Of a stretch of DNA of 39,312 nt, positions 1-7,265 are shown in pieces. The position numbers and the translations under genes are program-made. A model generated the notes under the pieces. It saw nothing but the letters and a program-made list of their open reading frames with translations, searched no databases and had not been told where the DNA came from. Within the stretch, counting starts at the first letter, position 1, and each line of letters opens with the position of its first letter. Source of the DNA: a virus (taxonomy: Duplodnaviria > Caudoviricetes); the IMG/VR virus record IMGVR_UViG_3300021964_000177, positions 1-39,312 of that record; one strand, given 5' to 3'.

Positions 1-434
1 TCATCATAATCATTCTGCAATCTATCACGTTTATTTTCGAATCTTTCTTCAGCATTCGAAACAATTTCACGTGTTTCAGCTTCTTGTTCACGGACTTTAT
101 CTTCCATCCGTTCAACTTGCTTTTCAATACTTAAGATGTCATCTCTTAAACCCGATTTGATATCGCGCGTATAGTCTACAGCTTCTTCAAGCTTTGTTTC
201 AATAATCTCCATGCGCTGTTCAAATGCACCTACGTCGAGGCCTGCTACTTCTTCTACTTTTTGATACATTAAAAACCCTCCGTATAATGTACCAATAATA
301 GAACCAAGTACAGCGACGAGTGCACTGACTGACATGAATGTTACTTTAATCCCGAGAATGCGGAACTCTTTATTCTTCAGGTTTTCAATACCCTCTTCCG
401 CATTCTCAAGTTCTTGTCCAAGATCTTTAGCCAT
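1..434 (-). CDS. Membrane-anchored coiled-coil protein (partial, runs off the window start)
   Basis: My translation from ATG at 434: MAKDLGQELENAEEGIENLKNKEFRILGIKVTFMSVSALVAVLGSIIGTLYGGFLMYQKVEE...ERFENKRDRLQNDYD, open to base 1. One TM segment, then a charged heptad-like region. GGAGG SD upstream. Not in the ORF track. Confidence 0.85.
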   Translation of the reverse strand, partial: MAKDLGQELENAEEGIENLKNKEFRILGIKVTFMSVSALVAVLGSIIGTLYGGFLMYQKVEEVAGLDVGAFEQRMEIIETKLEEAVDYTRDIKSGLRDDILSIEKQVERMEDKVREQEAETREIVSNAEERFENKRDRLQNDYD

Positions 435-618
435 CACCACCTCCAATCTTGTTGATCACAGGTTTCCATGACCACGTTGGAATGTTACTGTAGTCTACTT
501 TTTGCATCATGATAACACGATATTCGAAATAGATATGTGTAACCCATATAAGAGATATCGCAACAATCATACCGCATATCATAAACCAGATTTTGTCTAA
601 GGTTGTAAACATCAGCAA
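427..618 (-). CDS. Small membrane protein, hypothetical
   Basis: 63 aa with one hydrophobic segment (IWFMICGMIVAISLIWV). Overlap-coupled to both neighbours. Confidence 0.7.
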   Translation of the reverse strand: MLMFTTLDKIWFMICGMIVAISLIWVTHIYFEYRVIMMQKVDYSNIPTWSWKPVINKIGGGDG

Positions 619-884
619 CCTCCTCTGGTAAGATACGATTTATTCCTGCCCCAGCATGGATTTATATTCCCGTGTGATCCGCCGGGAATTCTGTATTGTG
701 GATTTGCATCTAAGAAGTCTTGCGTTGCTTCAACCTCTTTGATGTAAAATTGAGTGCGTTGTTTATGAAAACAAGACGCAGCTTTTGAAAAGTCAAAGGT
801 ATCGAATACCTCGACCGAATAGTGGTATTGGCTCAAACAATCCTTGATTATTTGATTGTTGCCAACGTCGATTGGCATGTCCAT
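612..884 (-). CDS. Hypothetical protein (Cys-containing)
   Basis: 90 aa; GAGGGGAG SD upstream; fits the operon tiling. Confidence 0.75.
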   Translation of the reverse strand: MDMPIDVGNNQIIKDCLSQYHYSVEVFDTFDFSKAASCFHKQRTQFYIKEVEATQDFLDANPQYRIPGGSHGNINPCWGRNKSYLTRGGC

Positions 885-907
885 TGAGTAGCTCCCCTCT
901 CATTTTT

Positions 908-1330
908 TTACTCCGCGATTTGTAAACTCCTTAGTTTGTCAAGCTCTCTCTCCAGCTTTTCAATTTCTAATCTCTTTTTCTTTAATTCTAATTGATACAG
1001 AGTGTTACAGTTAATTCTTTCCGATGGACCATCTAAAGGTATAACGAGTCTTGCAAACACGCCAATATCTTTTGATGATCGATTCAAATTATCATCATTC
1101 TTGTTTTCCCTAGCAAATGGACTTTGATAGTTGTCTATCAAACCTGTCACGCCGAATTCAAATTTTGTAGATCCATCAATTGCATTTGAGCAATCCATGT
1201 CGCCGGATCTAAATTTATCGGATGAATGTGTTCCGCTTGTGTTAGGAAGTTGTAGGTTCAAAGAGCTACTCTCAGCATAAGCTCCGGTTGATGAGAGTAG
1301 CAGGATGAGTAGGAAAACAAGCTGTTTCAT
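908..1330 (-). CDS. Secreted protein with Cys-bracketed amphipathic beta segments and a C-terminal coiled coil
   Basis: Start moved to MKQLVFLL (AGAGG SD). Signal peptide ending AYA. Core C-SNAIDG..KFEFGVTG..DIGVFARLVIPL..IN-C, then LELKKKRLEIEKLEREL. Confidence 0.8.
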   Translation of the reverse strand: MKQLVFLLILLLSSTGAYAESSSLNLQLPNTSGTHSSDKFRSGDMDCSNAIDGSTKFEFGVTGLIDNYQSPFARENKNDDNLNRSSKDIGVFARLVIPLDGPSERINCNTLYQLELKKKRLEIEKLERELDKLRSLQIAE

Positions 1331-1331
1331 A

Positions 1332-1721
1332 TCATTCATTCCTCTTAATCTTTGAACATATTGTTGATGCAATCGTCGTATTCGATACTTTTTGCTTTAG
1401 TACCCTCGACCTAGAACAAATGTACGTTACACGCGATTCATCAGTTTCTCTGATATAAATCTCAATCTTTATCTTTTTTAGATATTCAACCTTATAAGTG
1501 TTATAAGATGAAACAAAAGGAATAGGATTAAAATCTTTATCAAAGACTCCAATTTCATAGTATTCAATATCTTTTCTTTTATTGAATATCTCCATGTCCG
1601 TTTTCAAAAGTCCGTCCATATACGAACTTTTAAATTTTGGATATGTCGGTGTCATTTCATGTGCAATTGCTGCACTTGACATCAATATCAATAAAAGTAA
1701 CGATATTACTGAGCGATACAT
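1332..1721 (-). CDS. Secreted protein, putative fimbrial chaperone-like single Ig domain
   Basis: Signal peptide ending AIA, then HEMTPTYP..MEIFN..YYEIGVFD, resembling the PapD/EcpB N-terminal domain pattern. Two Cys. The family assignment is inference. Confidence 0.55.
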   Translation of the reverse strand: MYRSVISLLLLILMSSAAIAHEMTPTYPKFKSSYMDGLLKTDMEIFNKRKDIEYYEIGVFDKDFNPIPFVSSYNTYKVEYLKKIKIEIYIRETDESRVTYICSRSRVLKQKVSNTTIASTICSKIKRNE

Positions 1722-2209
1722 TTGGCTTCAACTACCGCAGTATATTGACCACCCGGGAATGCTTTGTTGCCGCCCATAGCTGCTGCTGAACTTGATTTAA
1801 ACCAAGTTGAACCAGTAGCCGTCAAGTCATACTGAGTTGTTTGACCGAAGGTAGTCTTGTTTGTTTCGTAATCCGCCATGTTTGTGGCATCACTCACTGT
1901 ACTTACTTCAGTTGAACCAGTCCATGTTACTGTATCATTCAGTGATGGGCTTGATTCAAATTCAGTAGGTGTTGTGATTTGTGCATAATATGCATCTGCC
2001 AGTGTAACATCAAAGCGAACGATAGGTAATACACCACCGTCACTTGGAGATGTTGTCAGCGTATACGCGTTTGGGTTTCCATAGACACCGGGAGTGTCCG
2101 TCGTTACAACGCACCGAGATTGAACGTTACCAGTGATTGGCGCCTCGGTAGCATTTGCAACAGTCGCAGCAGTTATTCCAACCGCTACAAATGTCATAAG
2201 TTTTTTCAT
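1706..2209 (-). CDS. Secreted protein, putative fimbrial/pilin subunit-like
   Basis: Signal peptide ending ANA. Mature N-terminus ITGNVQSRC; Thr/Ser/Gly-rich beta sequence; C-terminal strand PGGQYTAVVEAKC like the G-x-Y terminal strand of chaperone-usher pilins; about 147 aa mature. Confidence 0.6.
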   Translation of the reverse strand: MKKLMTFVAVGITAATVANATEAPITGNVQSRCVVTTDTPGVYGNPNAYTLTTSPSDGGVLPIVRFDVTLADAYYAQITTPTEFESSPSLNDTVTWTGSTEVSTVSDATNMADYETNKTTFGQTTQYDLTATGSTWFKSSSAAAMGGNKAFPGGQYTAVVEAKCIAQ

Positions 2210-2220
2210 TTCTCTCTCTC

Positions 2221-3117
2221 CTAATTTTGATACTGCATTTGTATCATTTGTTCGTGCAGTATCTGTTGTGCTAACCCATTTCTGAGTCCTTGTTCATTAT
2301 CATCTATTTCCTTATCAACTAAAACTACTGTTTCTTTATATGCGCCACCCGGTATGGTAGCGTTCAGATATTGCACATTTACAATTGCCTGTTGTGCAGC
2401 ATTAATGGCAATAATTCTTTGATTTTCTGCTTCAAGTTCTGCGACTCCGAGAAGATCTTGAGCCATATCTAAACGATATGCTCTTTTGCGTTTTTCAGCT
2501 TCCTCTTCTTCTTCCTCTTTTTCTTTTTCAAGCCGCTGTTCATTTTCTTCGATCAACACTTTTTCTTCATCATTCAGATTTACATATTCATCTTCTGTAG
2601 CATCATATATTGAGTCTAAATCGACTTTGACTATCACTGGAACTGGAGCTTCATACCCTGGACAATTCGGATCAAATTGAGGATCAAAGCAAGGATCTAC
2701 TCTGTAACTGTAGATTACAGTTGCATCTTCAACTGTGCCTTCACCTTCTGATGTGATATATCCATCACCCCAGACTTCTCGAGGCACGTTTGGTAGTCCT
2801 ATGACTTTTCTTACTTCGATACCGCCGGGTGCACCAGTCCAATCTTCGGTATCGCTCCAAACATCGCCACTGCCATCAGCCTTTTTGTTGCCGACAGTAA
2901 CTTTGAATTCATCTTCTGGAAGCTTATCTGGAGTATAACTATAGAATACACCATTAATTTCTATGCCGGGTGGTTCTGGAAGTATATTATCCATGACCCA
3001 ACTGTGGCCGTAATTAGCAGCATTTGGTGTAGTACTATAATATGGTGTTATGCTCTCAGAGTAAGAGTAACAAGGCCAAAAGACCAAGGCCACCAGTGGT
3101 AGCAGTCTTTTTAACAT
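2221..3117 (-). CDS. Secreted protein: beta-rich N-domain, CxxPxxDPxC motif, acidic coiled coil
   Basis: Signal-like N-terminus, DPCFDPQFDPNCPGY motif and a Glu-rich stretch. GGAG SD upstream. Confidence 0.8.
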   Translation of the reverse strand: MLKRLLPLVALVFWPCYSYSESITPYYSTTPNAANYGHSWVMDNILPEPPGIEINGVFYSYTPDKLPEDEFKVTVGNKKADGSGDVWSDTEDWTGAPGGIEVRKVIGLPNVPREVWGDGYITSEGEGTVEDATVIYSYRVDPCFDPQFDPNCPGYEAPVPVIVKVDLDSIYDATEDEYVNLNDEEKVLIEENEQRLEKEKEEEEEEAEKRKRAYRLDMAQDLLGVAELEAENQRIIAINAAQQAIVNVQYLNATIPGGAYKETVVLVDKEIDDNEQGLRNGLAQQILHEQMIQMQYQN

Positions 3118-3616
3118 CCATCTTCTCCTCTGCTCCAGCTTTTACACGTTTTGTTTCTTCGTGCGAGTCCCAACCAATCTTAGCAGCAGTGCCGATCTTT
3201 CCTTCATAAGGACATGGTGTTCCTGCCATCATCATTGCATCAAAAACATTTTCATCCTGACACATTGTTGATACAGCAGCAACTTTCATTCCCATGTCAT
3301 AAAGAGTCTTTGCATTCTTTAATCGAACACAATTCTCTTCAGTAAAAGTCATTCCAGCTGATATACCTAAGATTTGAGTTTGAACAGCCCCAGCAACACC
3401 GATCGTACAAAGATCGCTGTTACTGTTTGAGCCAAGTTGTGGTGATATTGCAGAAGGCGGCGGAGACTTAACAGTCGTCTCCATTGTCCCATTTGTAGTA
3501 ACTGTGCTCTTCGCTGTTGAGTCAGTTACAATGGGCTCTGCCGCCAGAACTGCATTGATGCTAAACATGCTGAGCGCAAATAGCGCTATAGGCATAACGA
3601 GGTAATTCGTAATCAT
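3056..3616 (-). CDS. Secreted Cys-rich protein with a C-terminal hydrophobic anchor
   Basis: Start moved to ATG 3616 (SD GGGAGAGGGG, downstream of the late promoter). Signal peptide, S/T-rich linker, four-Cys core, tail GGLGLLALLLLL. Confidence 0.8.
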   Translation of the reverse strand: MITNYLVMPIALFALSMFSINAVLAAEPIVTDSTAKSTVTTNGTMETTVKSPPPSAISPQLGSNSNSDLCTIGVAGAVQTQILGISAGMTFTEENCVRLKNAKTLYDMGMKVAAVSTMCQDENVFDAMMMAGTPCPYEGKIGTAAKIGWDSHEETKRVKAGAEEKMDVKKTATTGGLGLLALLLLL

Positions 3617-3654
3617 AACACCCCTCTCCCTGTGTTTGATTTCTTTATCGTAAT

Positions 3655-3662
3655 TATTTATA
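3655..3662 (-). promoter_or_regulatory. T4-type late promoter driving the minus-strand secreted-protein operon
   Basis: TATTTATA on the + strand reads TATAAATA on the - strand, about 40 nt upstream of ATG 3616. Confidence 0.7.
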
Positions 3663-3684
3663 TAAAAAGTACTTTTCAAATGAT

Positions 3685-3692
3685 TATAAATA
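3685..3692 (+). promoter_or_regulatory. T4-type late promoter (divergent)
   Basis: Exact TATAAATA in the intergenic region upstream of the 3758 ATG. Confidence 0.65.
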
Positions 3693-3757
3693 CAAATAAA
3701 TTTTGAATTATATAATACTCGGTGAATCGTATCTATCTTTGGCGAGAGAAGATCAAG

Positions 3758-4234
3758 ATGTTTACTGAAGTACTAACAGGAATGGCACTCCTGAAATCCG
3801 GTGTCGACTTCATCAAATCAAATATCGATACAGCGAAAGACATTGGAGATATTGTCAAAAGCTTAGATGCAGTATTTGATGGTGAAGAACAAGTACAGAG
3901 AGCTCGAAATAAAAAAGCAAAGAGAGGCATCGCTGAACAGCTAGGATTAGATTCAGTTGCTCAAGAAGTTATAGATGCCAAAATTGCAAAGGAGCAAATG
4001 GAAGAATTGAGAATCATCATTGATAATCGATTCGGACCGGGTACTTTTCAAGAAATAATTTATTTGAGAGCTCAAAGAAAAAAAGAAGAAAGAGAACAGG
4101 CTGAGATTGATCATAATGAAGAAGTTAAAAGAAGAAAAGAATTTGAGAAAAACTTAGCTGTAGCAATCAAAGTTTTCATAGGCTTTTCAATCTTCGTATT
4201 GTTTTGTTTACTTTTGTATATTTTTATGGTATAA
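3758..4234 (+). CDS. Hypothetical helical protein with a C-terminal TM segment
   Basis: ORF track 3722..4234; ATG 3758 has a GAGAG SD. C-terminal hydrophobic segment. Confidence 0.8.
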   Translation: MFTEVLTGMALLKSGVDFIKSNIDTAKDIGDIVKSLDAVFDGEEQVQRARNKKAKRGIAEQLGLDSVAQEVIDAKIAKEQMEELRIIIDNRFGPGTFQEIIYLRAQRKKEEREQAEIDHNEEVKRRKEFEKNLAVAIKVFIGFSIFVLFCLLLYIFMV

Positions 4235-4235
4235 T
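4206..4235 (+). promoter_or_regulatory. T4-like early (sigma70-type) promoter
   Basis: GTTTAC at 4206, 17-bp spacer, TGG-TATAAT (4230-4235). Confidence 0.75.
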
Positions 4236-4257
4236 ACTTTATATAGAGGAGCAGAGA

Positions 4258-4314
4258 ATGATAGAAATACTTGGCGCAATAATTATAGCTAATCTTGTAC
4301 TTAGCGCGCTATAA
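4258..4314 (+). CDS. 18-aa hydrophobic micropeptide MIEILGAIIIANLVLSAL
   Basis: GAGGAG SD, and lies directly after an early promoter. Confidence 0.5.
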   Translation: MIEILGAIIIANLVLSAL

Positions 4315-4317
4315 ATA
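4310..4317 (+). promoter_or_regulatory. T4-type late promoter for tmRNA
   Basis: TATAAATA immediately upstream of the tmRNA acceptor piece. Confidence 0.7.
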
Positions 4318-4322
4318 AATTT

Positions 4323-4607
4323 GTTCGATGAAGCAAATCGAAAGGTAGACTGGACCCGGGGGCGGTACCCGGCGCCTCCACCAAATATACCCTGTAGGGT
4401 ATAAAATGAAAATATACCTTGTAGGGTATAAACGAGTTTTATGGGGGCGAACTAGGATCGACAGGTATTGAATAGAGATGTGGAGAACAACGGTTGATCG
4501 CGTAATAGATCAATTAAGTAAACGCAAACGATAACTTTGCACCTGTAGCTTACGCACAAGCGGCGTAGTTACTGGGCCCGCCGGAGCCTCGAAACAGAAT
4601 CCGGCAA
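4323..4607 (+). ncRNA. ssrA: Circularly permuted two-piece tmRNA, alphaproteobacterial type
   Basis: Acceptor piece: T-arm CCGGG-GGCGGTA-CCCGG (4356-4372), then CGCCTCC-A-CCA ending at 4383. Coding piece starts GGGGGCGAACTAGGATCGAC at 4443. The 7-bp acceptor stem has a G3.U pair. Tag frame 4524-4568 encodes ANDNFAPVAYAQAA*. Outer ends approximate. Confidence 0.96.
4383..4432. repeat. Two direct copies of a palindromic 23-mer in the tmRNA intervening segment
   Basis: AAATATACCCTGTAGGGTATAAA (4383-4405) and AAATATACCTTGTAGGGTATAAA (4410-4432); 27-bp period, one mismatch. Confidence 0.9.
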
Positions 4608-4619
4608 CCTTTTGGAGAT

Positions 4620-5108
4620 ATGAATTTGATACATTTAGACTATGAGATCGATAAAGCCAAATATAGAGACATTTTCTATAATAATATACAGCTTGGCCAA
4701 TGGCACTGGTCTGTGCCAAAAAGACAAGAGTTATATTGGTATCAATTATTGATACCTGACCAGCATGTCTTAAAACCTTTGATAGAACCCGTTGAGCATG
4801 AATTAAATATACACGGCATGAATAATTATCCAAGATTTAGCTATCAGTTCCCAAATACTGTTTTACCTCATCATAAAGATGAGGATAATATGATTTCAAT
4901 TAATATTAATTTGCTAGATACGACACCAGTAATACATATAGATCATAAGCCGTATCCTTACGAATGCGCATTGATCAATGTAGGCGGACAGTCTCACGGC
5001 GTTGAATCGGATCCAAATCACAGATTGATACTTAAATTTTGTTTAAGACATAAATGGGAAGAAGTCTTCGAAAGACTTGATCAGTTTGGATATGTTAACA
5101 GAAATTGA
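4620..5108 (+). CDS. 2OG-Fe(II) oxygenase/cupin-like protein
   Basis: HxD...H facial triad (PHHKDED...SHGV) followed by RLILK; GGAG SD. Confidence 0.65.
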   Translation: MNLIHLDYEIDKAKYRDIFYNNIQLGQWHWSVPKRQELYWYQLLIPDQHVLKPLIEPVEHELNIHGMNNYPRFSYQFPNTVLPHHKDEDNMISININLLDTTPVIHIDHKPYPYECALINVGGQSHGVESDPNHRLILKFCLRHKWEEVFERLDQFGYVNRN

Positions 5109-5571
5109 TTATACCATCAATGAAGAGTTGATACTAAAAGAATCTCGCGAAAGAGATGGATATGAACCTTTTGTTGATCCAAAAACTGGCACTGTCATAA
5201 AAGAGTGGTTAATTAAAAAGAATGTCACTGGCTATGGTAAAACAGTATCAAATCATTTTGAAAAAATACTTGGCATAGAAGTTAAACCAAGATTTTATAT
5301 ACAAGAAAAAGGTTTCACTTTACCTTTTCATCAAGATAGAGGCACGCAATGTTGTATCAACTTTGTATTATCTACTTCAAAAGATCCTATCGTATTCAAA
5401 AAAGAACATAAACTGTATACTTTTAAATATAAGAAAGCGTTGATCAATGTACAAGAAGAACATATGATAGCTGCAACCTTAGAAGATCGGTATTTGTTTA
5501 AGTTGTCAATATTTGATATGAATTATGAACAAGCAAAAGAGATTTTATTTGCACATGATATTTTTAATTAG
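5092..5571 (+). CDS. 2OG-Fe(II) oxygenase/cupin-like protein, paralog of the previous gene
   Basis: PRFY...LPFHQD...ALINV.EEH...RYLFKL, parallel to the previous ORF. Confidence 0.65.
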   Translation: MLTEIDYTINEELILKESRERDGYEPFVDPKTGTVIKEWLIKKNVTGYGKTVSNHFEKILGIEVKPRFYIQEKGFTLPFHQDRGTQCCINFVLSTSKDPIVFKKEHKLYTFKYKKALINVQEEHMIAATLEDRYLFKLSIFDMNYEQAKEILFAHDIFN

Positions 5572-6133
5572 CAGCTACGCGTTATATTATGTTTTAGCAG
5601 CAGTCGGTATTACACTGGGCTATCACAGACATTTCTCACATAAACAATTCGAAGCACCCAAGTGGTTGCAATGCATATTCCTTTATTTTGGATTATTGTG
5701 CGGTGGAAGATCTGCATTAACATGGGCTGCAGTTCATAGGATGCATCACGCATACGCTGATACATCAAGAGATCCACATTCTCCTCAACACAAAAAATGG
5801 TATGAGATATTATTTTCTCTTTGGAAAGTAAAATCAATACCGAAAAGATTCTGTAAAGATTTACTGGACAATGATCTTGTTATGCACTTTCATCGTGAAG
5901 GATGGAAATATTTGTTCTTGACATATTTCTTCGCAGCAATTCTTGACTGGTATTATTTGATGATGCTTGTCTTAGTTTTTGTATTTTCATACATAGGATT
6001 CGGATTGCTTAATTATTTAGGGCACGGTCAAAATGGTCCAATAAATAATTTTCTAATCAACTTATTTGCTCCATTTGAAGGAAATCATAGAGATCATCAT
6101 GACATATCGAATAGTCGATTTAATCGAAGATAA
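5525..6133 (+). CDS. Membrane fatty-acid (delta-9/acyl-CoA type) desaturase
   Basis: Three His boxes (GYHRHFSH, HRMHH..D..DPHSP, EGNHRDHH) and TM segments. The start may be 5555. Confidence 0.9.
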   Translation: MNKQKRFYLHMIFLISSYALYYVLAAVGITLGYHRHFSHKQFEAPKWLQCIFLYFGLLCGGRSALTWAAVHRMHHAYADTSRDPHSPQHKKWYEILFSLWKVKSIPKRFCKDLLDNDLVMHFHREGWKYLFLTYFFAAILDWYYLMMLVLVFVFSYIGFGLLNYLGHGQNGPINNFLINLFAPFEGNHRDHHDISNSRFNRR

Positions 6134-6605
6134 TAGTATATGGAATCAATTTATTGAAGTCTTGTCGGAAATTGATGATAAATTAAAAGACAACTACACT
6201 CTAGAAAATCTTAAACTAGAACAGATGATATGTTTCACTGTACTCTTAAAAAACGATGATATTGTTTGTTTTAGTGGTCTCCAAAAGATAGAAGAAGATT
6301 TGTGCAGAGTTGCTAGTAGATATTATACTAGAAAAAAATATAGAGCCTCAAAATATTTTAAAAAAATTGATTCTATAACAAATAAAGCATATAATTGGAG
6401 ATATTTGGTTCCATATCAGCTTGAAAAAGCTGGAAATAGAACAACTATATTCACTATGCATCTTATTAAATCCGATAAAACCTTTGAGCGTATTCTAGAT
6501 CAAATAAGTAATGTACTAAATAGAGAAATAACTTATATAGGTGAACAGAAAATATTTAATGTAACTCAAAAGGTTGCGCTAATCCATCAACATAAGGAAA
6601 TATGA
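6099..6605 (+). CDS. Hypothetical protein, possible GNAT-fold acyltransferase
   Basis: IVCFSGL...CRVASRYYTRKKYR resembles GNAT beta3-beta4/motif A. Weak. Confidence 0.45.
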   Translation: MTYRIVDLIEDNSIWNQFIEVLSEIDDKLKDNYTLENLKLEQMICFTVLLKNDDIVCFSGLQKIEEDLCRVASRYYTRKKYRASKYFKKIDSITNKAYNWRYLVPYQLEKAGNRTTIFTMHLIKSDKTFERILDQISNVLNREITYIGEQKIFNVTQKVALIHQHKEI

Positions 6606-6609
6606 ATTC

Positions 6610-7185
6610 ATGCTGAAGAAGAGAACAGAATTACCTAATTTCAAGAAGATAGGAATTAAAGTAGATCCCATTAAATTGCTGAATTGTTTTACTAAAAACA
6701 ATTATACAATGGATAATATATGCACTACTCTAGCACAACCATATCTTAACGATCGTTATAAACAAAAATCTATCACTACTCCGAGTGAAAAAGTCTTATA
6801 CAAAAACGGCGAAGAAGATGAAAGAGCATACGGAGAAATGAGGCCCGAATATAAAGGAACATATGTAGAAGAAGTTCTGAATATGTTTAAATCGCCATAT
6901 ACACGTGTAAGATTGATCGTGAAAGAACCCGGTGCATTTATCAAACCACACATTGATTATAATACAACATACAGCGTTAGGTATTACATACCATTGCAAA
7001 CAAATGAATGGGCTTACACCGCAGTCAAGTCTAAGTTTGATAAAGAACCAGAAGTAAGACATTTACCGGCAGACGGGAGTGTGTGGTTTGTAAATCCAGG
7101 AAACTTACACAGCGCTTGGAACATGGGTGAAACCGATGACGTGAGATTGATTGTTTCATGCAATGGACAAGAAGATTTATTTTAA
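6610..7185 (+). CDS. Aspartyl/asparaginyl beta-hydroxylase-like 2OG-Fe(II) oxygenase
   Basis: RVRL..EPGAFIKPHID...RYYIPL...GSVWFVN...HSAWNMG...RLIV. Confidence 0.8.
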   Translation: MLKKRTELPNFKKIGIKVDPIKLLNCFTKNNYTMDNICTTLAQPYLNDRYKQKSITTPSEKVLYKNGEEDERAYGEMRPEYKGTYVEEVLNMFKSPYTRVRLIVKEPGAFIKPHIDYNTTYSVRYYIPLQTNEWAYTAVKSKFDKEPEVRHLPADGSVWFVNPGNLHSAWNMGETDDVRLIVSCNGQEDLF

Positions 7186-7202
7186 ATAAAATGCATTTTT
7201 TT

Positions 7203-7232
7203 GTTTACATCCTCTAAAAACTGTGGTATAAT
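7203..7232 (+). promoter_or_regulatory. T4-like early promoter
   Basis: GTTTACA, 17-bp spacer, TGTGG-TATAAT; A/T-tract UP element. Confidence 0.85.
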
Positions 7233-7265
7233 AGATCTATAAAATGGAAAAAGAGGAGAAATATT

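Noticed and set aside
2486-2680. Ser/Phe-rich plus-strand ORF and TTC repeats
   Set aside because: Antisense of the Glu/Lys-rich stretch of 2221-3117; low complexity, not an independent repeat.
4350-4383. tRNA-Ala-like 3' half ending in CCA
   Set aside because: There is no anticodon arm, and its pairing partner lies downstream and is followed by a tag reading frame. It is the tmRNA acceptor piece.
4383-4432. Mini-CRISPR array
   Set aside because: Only two palindromic units separated by 4 nt, with no spacers and no cas operon.
4510-4833. 107-aa minus-strand ORF
   Set aside because: Antisense to tmRNA and the 4620 gene, with no motif or SD. Shadow ORF.
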